This document shows, piece after piece, positions 8,572 through 13,768 of a stretch of 13,768 nucleotides of DNA. This stretch comes from Gammaproteobacteria bacterium. Lineage in GTDB: Bacteria; Pseudomonadota; Gammaproteobacteria; UBA4575. Below the pieces are notes generated by a model. That model did no database searches. It saw only the letters and a list, made by a program, of their open reading frames with translations, and was not told the DNA's origin. The position numbers and the translations under genes are program-made. Every line of letters starts with the position of its first letter. The first letter of the stretch is position 1. The stretch spans positions 1 through 13,768 of the forward strand of contig CBDCTA010000012.1 of the NCBI GenBank assembly GCA_965221955.1, read 5' to 3'.

Positions 8572-11416
8572 ATGGATAAAGATGAGCTTATAAGGTTAAG
8601 TGGCGGGCAGCTCAATAGTAATAACATCGCGTATGTAGAGACACTATACGAAGATTACTTAGAGGATCCCACTTCTGTTTCTCAATATTGGCGCGAATTT
8701 TTTGAAAAGCTTGAGCCTACTTCTGCGAATAAAATTACTCATTCGAGTGTTCGAAGTTCATTACGTGAAGCTACACGGCATAAAAAGTCTGAATTGCCCC
8801 AGTATACTTCGGATGCAAACAACCGAAAACAAGTTGGTGTTATTCGCTTAATCAGTGCGTATCGATATTTAGGACATCGACAGGCAGATATTGACCCATT
8901 AGGTGCTGATGCACGTCCTGATATTCCAGAGTTGAATCCTGAGTTCCACGGATTAACCCATGCAGATATGGAAACAGTTTTTGAAACTGGTTCACTGGGG
9001 GGTATCAAAAAAGCGCCATTACGTGAAATTATCAATATGCTTTCAGTCACATACTGTGGAACGATTGGTTCTGAATTCAAGCATATAACTTCACCTGAAC
9101 AAAAAGAATGGATTCAGCAACGTTTAGAACAATTTTATCTTTCAAGTGGTTTATCGGATAAGCGCAAGCGTACAATTTTAGAAACACTCATCGCCGCAAA
9201 ATCACTTGAAGTATACCTGCATAAAAAATATGTGGGTCAAAAACGCTTTTCGTTAGAAGGTGGTTTGAGTTTAATTGTAAGTATTGATGAAATTATTCGG
9301 CGTTGTGGGTTTCATAAAGTGAGTGAAGTCATTATGGGAATGGCTCACCGAGGTAGATTAAATGTACTGGTAAATATTTTGGGAAAAAGTCCTGAAAAAC
9401 TTTTCCAAGAGTTTGAAGACACACTTGATCCAGCTTCAGGTTCGGGCGATGTGAAATACCATAAAGGTTTCTCGTCAAATTTAAAAACTGACCATGCGCC
9501 AGTACACACAGTACTTGCTTTCAATCCTTCGCACCTGGAAGCAATCAACCCTGTGGTAGAAGGGTCGGTACGTGCTAGACAAGAAAGACGTAAAGATAAT
9601 GAGCGTGTCGATGCGATGCCATTATTGATTCATGGTGATGCAGCATTTGCGGGGCAAGGTGTAGTCATGGAAACACTCAATCTTTCTAAGACACGTGGAT
9701 ACACTACCGGAGGGAGCATTCATGTTGTGGTGAATAACCAAATCGGTTTTACCACTAGTGACCCACTAGATTCACGTTCAACGTTATATTGCACAGATGT
9801 TGCTAAAATGGTTCAAGCGCCAATATTTCATGTGAATGGCGATGACCCTGAAGCAGTTGCCTATGTTTCTAAACTCGCAGTGGATTTTCGTATGAAGTTC
9901 AAGCGTGATGTGGTGATCGATATGATTTGTTATCGCCAACATGGACATAATGAAGCAGATGAACCATCTGTAACACAACCACTCATGTATCAAGCAATAC
10001 GTCATAAAGAAGGCGTTCGAAAAGTGTATGCTAATCGTTTAGTGCGTAATAAAACAATTACACCATCACGTGTTAAGGCCTTAGAAACTAAGTATTTAAA
10101 TAAATTGCAAAGAGGTGAACGTGTTTGTGGACCAATAGCCAAGAAAATTAATCGTAAGTATGTGGTCGATTATAAATCTTATATTGGTACACATTGGCGT
10201 GATAAAGCGAATACGAAAATCACAACTAAACGTGTTAAAGATTTAACCAAGAAATTCACAACGATACCTAAAGGTTTTAATTTGCATCGCACTGTGCAGA
10301 AGATTGTCGATGCACGAATTAAAATGGGTAATGACGAATTAAATGCAGATTGGGGATTTGGTGAAACCTTAGCCTATGCTTCATTACTTGAAGACGGTTT
10401 TTCTGTACGCCTATCTGGTCAAGATTGTGTGCGAGGTACTTTTTTTCATCGGCATGCGGGGTTCCATGACCAAACCACTGGGGAAACCTATGTTCCTTTA
10501 CGTCATATTGCTAAGGATCAGCCATTATTCTTACCGATTAATTCATTGTTATCTGAAGAAGCTGTGTTGGGTTATGAAGTAGGGTATAGCACTGCAGATC
10601 CTGAGACTTTAGTAATTTGGGAAGCTCAGTTTGGTGATTTTGCGAATAATGCGCAAATGTATGTGGATCAATTTTTAAGTTCATCCGAAGCGAAATGGCA
10701 ACGTTATTGCGGTTTAGTAATGTTGTTGCCACATGGTTATGATGGTCAAGGGCCCGAGCATTCTTCTGCTCGATTAGAGCGCTATTTGCAACTTTGTGCA
10801 GAAGATAATATGCAAGTGTGCATGCCAAGCTCACCTTCGCAAATTTTTCATATGCTGCGTCGACAAATGTTACGCCCTTATCGTAAACCTTTAATCGTGA
10901 TGACGCCGAAAAATATATTGCGTGATCCTATTGCTTCGTCACCTATGCACGAATTTACTGAAGGCCAATTTAATAATGTATTAGACGAAGTTACCGATAT
11001 GAATCCGGCTGAAGTAAAAAGGATTATCTTCTGTGCTGGTAAGCTTTACTATGAGTTAGTTAAAGCGCGCAGTATGTATAAAATTAATAACACTGCTATT
11101 GTGCGAATTGAGCAATCTATATCCATTCCCGCAAGATGAAGTTAAACAGATCATTAATAAATATTCCGGTGTGCGCGAATTGGTATGGTGTCAAGAAGAG
11201 CCGCGTAATCAAGGTGCATGGTTCTTTATACAATCTAGGCGTAATATGAAAGCTTGTATACGTGAAGATCATAACTTGAGGTATGCAGGTAGAACGTACT
11301 CTGCGTCACCAGCAGCAGGTTCATTGCATATCCATAGAGAACAACAACAAGCTTTAATCGAAGATGCATTGGGCTTGCGAGAGCAGGTGTCAAGGCCACC
11401 GCTTCGTGCCGTATAA
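8572..11416 (+). CDS. sucA: 2-oxoglutarate dehydrogenase E1, with one +1 frameshift at 11116-11117 as written (947 aa if corrected)
   Basis: GQKRFSLEGG, GMAHRGRLNVL, GDVKYH, ThDP motif HGDAAFAGQGVV...NNQIGFTT, HGHNEADEP, WEAQFGDF and GPEHSSARLER. The conserved RIEQLYPFP is split between ORFs 8572-11139 and 11099-11416, the latter carrying WCQEEPRNQG and ASPAAG. Confidence 0.95.
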
Positions 11417-11443
11417 CATATTCATGAAAACTGAGGTATTGTC

Positions 11444-12769
11444 ATGAAAGTAGATGTAACGATTCCTGAATTAGCGGAATCAGTGACAGAAGCCATAATG
11501 GGTGATTGGTTGAAAAAACCTGGTGATTTCGTGGAAGAAGGGGAGCAATTGGTTGATGTGGAAACGGATAAAGTTATTTTAGAAATTACTGCCCCACAAA
11601 CTGGAGAGCTTGCTTCCATAACTAAACATAAAAACGAACATGTACAAAGTAATGAAGTAATTGCAGTAATCAATACCAGTAAAAAAGGTACAAAAGCTTC
11701 AGCTAATGAAGAATCTGATCAGGAAAGATCAAGTGTTTCAGAATCTATTTCTGCAGTAACAAGCGTGAATACAGTTTCGCAAATAAAACCTGAAATTAAT
11801 GTTGCGCCAAGTCAAGCTCCAAATTCTGAGCAGGTAACAAATACTAGACGTATCTAAAACCAGCCCAGCTGTAAGAAAACTTGCAGCAGAAAATAATATC
11901 GATATAAGCACGATTCATGGGACAGGTAAGGATGGGCGTGTAACCAAAAAAGATATCGAAGCTGTAATTGATTCAACTGAACCTGCTACAGCAAGTGAGC
12001 TAGATTCTGCCACTGAGATTATGACCGCACCTCAATTTGTACCAAATTTAATTTCGAGTACGCGTGAAGATAAGCGTGTTCCTATGACAGCTTTGCGTAA
12101 GAGCATATCTAAACGTTTGGTGCAATCGCAGCATGAAAGCGCAATGTTAACGACCTTTACCGAAGTAAATATGCAAAACATCATTGAACTGCGTAAGCGT
12201 TATAAAGAAGAGGTTTGAAGAATCTCATGGTGTAAAGCTTGGGTTCATGTCGTTTTTTGTCAAAGCTAGCTGTTGAAGCGTTAAAAGAATTCCCAATTAT
12301 TAATGCTTCTGATTGAGGATGCCGATATTATTTATCATGATTACTTCGATATTGGAGTAGCAGTGAGTACTCAACGTGGTTTAATCGTTCCAATTATTAC
12401 GAGATGCAGATGAGTCTGTCTTTTGCTGGTATAGAGAAAAGCCATTAATGATCTTGCTAGTACGTGCTCAGGAGAAATAAGGTCACTATTGAAGAGCTCA
12501 CAGGTGGTACTTTTACTATTTCTAATGGTGGTGTGTTTGGTTCTATGATGTCTACACCTATTATTAATCCACCTCAAAGTGCAATTTTAGGCATGCACTC
12601 TATTCAAGCACGTCCAATCGCACAAAATGGAGAAGTGGTTATTGCGCCAATGATGTATTTAGCATTGAGTTATGACCATCGCATTATTGATGGTAAAGAG
12701 GCTGTACAGTTTTTGGGTCATGTTAAAAGCATTATAGAAGACCCTAATAGGCTTTTACTGCAAGTCTGA
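11444..12769 (+). CDS. sucB: Dihydrolipoamide succinyltransferase E2, with nine +1 frameshifts as written (438 aa by manual reconstruction; would be flagged as pseudo)
   Basis: Lipoyl domain ETDKV. Binding domain [32 protein letters not shown] in the next frame. Catalytic-domain pieces in successive frames: [54 protein letters not shown] and SYDHRIIDG. Confidence 0.93.
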
Positions 12770-12776
12770 ACTAATC

Positions 12777-13768
12777 ATGAAAAAGTTTGATGTAGTCATT
12801 ATCGGTGCAGGACCGGCAGGTTATGTATGTGCAATTCGTTGTGCACAACTCGGCATGAAAGTGGCCTGTATAGATGAATGGGTAAATTCGAAAGGCAAAT
12901 CAACATTAGGGGGTACATGCTTAAATGTAGGCTGTATTCCATCAAAAGCATTGCTTGATTCTAGTCACCATGTACATTTTCTAAATGAACAGGCTAAAGA
13001 GCATGGTATTAAGCTTAGCAAGGTAGAGGTAGATGTACCCACCATGCAAAAGCGTAAAGATAAAGTTGTTCAGGTGCTTACTGGTGGTGTTGCAAGCCTA
13101 TTGAAAAAAAATAAAGTAGAAGTGATCGTTGGCACTGCGAGTTTTATTTCGGAAACTTCAGTCAACGTCAGAAATAATTCAGTCGGTACTTCAGAAGAAT
13201 TGCAAGCAAAACAGATTGTCATCGCAAGTGGTTCAGTTCCGATTGATATTCCTATTGCAAAGATAGATCAAGAAACCATTCTAGATTCTACCGGTGCATT
13301 GAATTTGCAAGAAGCCCCAAAACGCCTAGGTATTATTGGGGCAGGTGTAATTGGTTTAGAAATGGGGAGTGTGTGGAAGCGCTTGGGTTCGGAAGTAGTT
13401 ATTTTAGAGGCGTTGTCTAGTTTTCTGCCAAGCGCAGATCAAACGACTGCGAAAGAAGCACAAAAGATGCTAACAAAACAAGGCTTAGATATCCGTTTAG
13501 ATAGTTTAGTTAAAGAAGTAAATGTCAGCGCACATAAAGCGCTAGTTAAGTACGAGTCAAAAGGTGAAGAAAAATCATTAGAAGTAGATAAGTTAATTGT
13601 TGCAGTGGGCCGTAAACCTAATACAACACATTTGAATCTAGATGCCGCAAAAGTTAAAACAGACGAAAAAGGATTCGTAACAACTGATAATCAATGGAAA
13701 ACTTCTACACCTAACATTTATGCAATTGGAGATGTTATCGGGGGTGCAATGCTTGCACATAAAGGTTC
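12777..13768 (+). CDS. lpdA: Dihydrolipoamide dehydrogenase E3 (3'-truncated by the window; absent from the ORF track)
   Basis: ATG at 12777: MKKFDVVIIGAGPAGYVCAIRCAQLG. Redox disulfide GGTCLNVGCIPSKALL, NAD-binding IIGAGVIGLEMGSVW and IYAIGDVIGGAMLAHK. The frame is open to the window end. Confidence 0.96.
   Translation, partial: MKKFDVVIIGAGPAGYVCAIRCAQLGMKVACIDEWVNSKGKSTLGGTCLNVGCIPSKALLDSSHHVHFLNEQAKEHGIKLSKVEVDVPTMQKRKDKVVQVLTGGVASLLKKNKVEVIVGTASFISETSVNVRNNSVGTSEELQAKQIVIASGSVPIDIPIAKIDQETILDSTGALNLQEAPKRLGIIGAGVIGLEMGSVWKRLGSEVVILEALSSFLPSADQTTAKEAQKMLTKQGLDIRLDSLVKEVNVSAHKALVKYESKGEEKSLEVDKLIVAVGRKPNTTHLNLDAAKVKTDEKGFVTTDNQWKTSTPNIYAIGDVIGGAMLAHKG

Noticed and set aside
11099-11139. 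Programmed ribosomal frameshift in sucA
   Set aside because: No slippery heptamer or homopolymer at the site (GAGCAATCTATAT), and nine similar lesions follow in sucB.
11444-11857. Stand-alone lipoyl-domain protein, and separate small genes at 11099-11416, 12021-12218 and 12464-12769
   Set aside because: These are consecutive fragments of SucA or SucB in shifted frames and join into full-length proteins.
217-12577. Short alternative-frame and antisense ORFs in the track (e.g. 217-462, 869-1114, 1441-1692, 7234-7539, 8739-9080, 10538-10834, 11422-11673, 12371-12577)
   Set aside because: They overlap well-supported housekeeping genes and show no recognisable motifs, so they are best treated as shadow ORFs.
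1-13768. CRISPR arrays, tRNA/rRNA genes, IS elements, prophage or defence genes
   Set aside because: No repeat-spacer periodicity, cloverleaf, terminal inverted repeats or unassigned long ORFs were seen. The largest intergenic gap is only 219 bp.

Overview
AT-rich gammaproteobacterial housekeeping region. In order: the 3' end of clpA; infA on the minus strand; the conserved fabD-fabG-acpP-fabF-pabC-mltG-tmk-holB-pilZ cluster; and a 2-oxoglutarate dehydrogenase operon, sucA-sucB-lpdA, with lpdA running off the right edge. I see no mobile element, CRISPR array, RNA gene or unassigned accessory gene, and no clearly novel system. The main anomaly is ten single-base +1 frameshifts, one in sucA and nine in sucB, all within 11116-12475. 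Each can be read as two synonymous alleles of one codon written side by side. This points to a mixed-haplotype consensus artefact over a locally polymorphic tract rather than pseudogenisation. Lesser points are a very basic segment and motif substitutions in SucA, two synteny junctions, and several intergenic inverted repeats. All gene calls come from motif recognition, not database searches.
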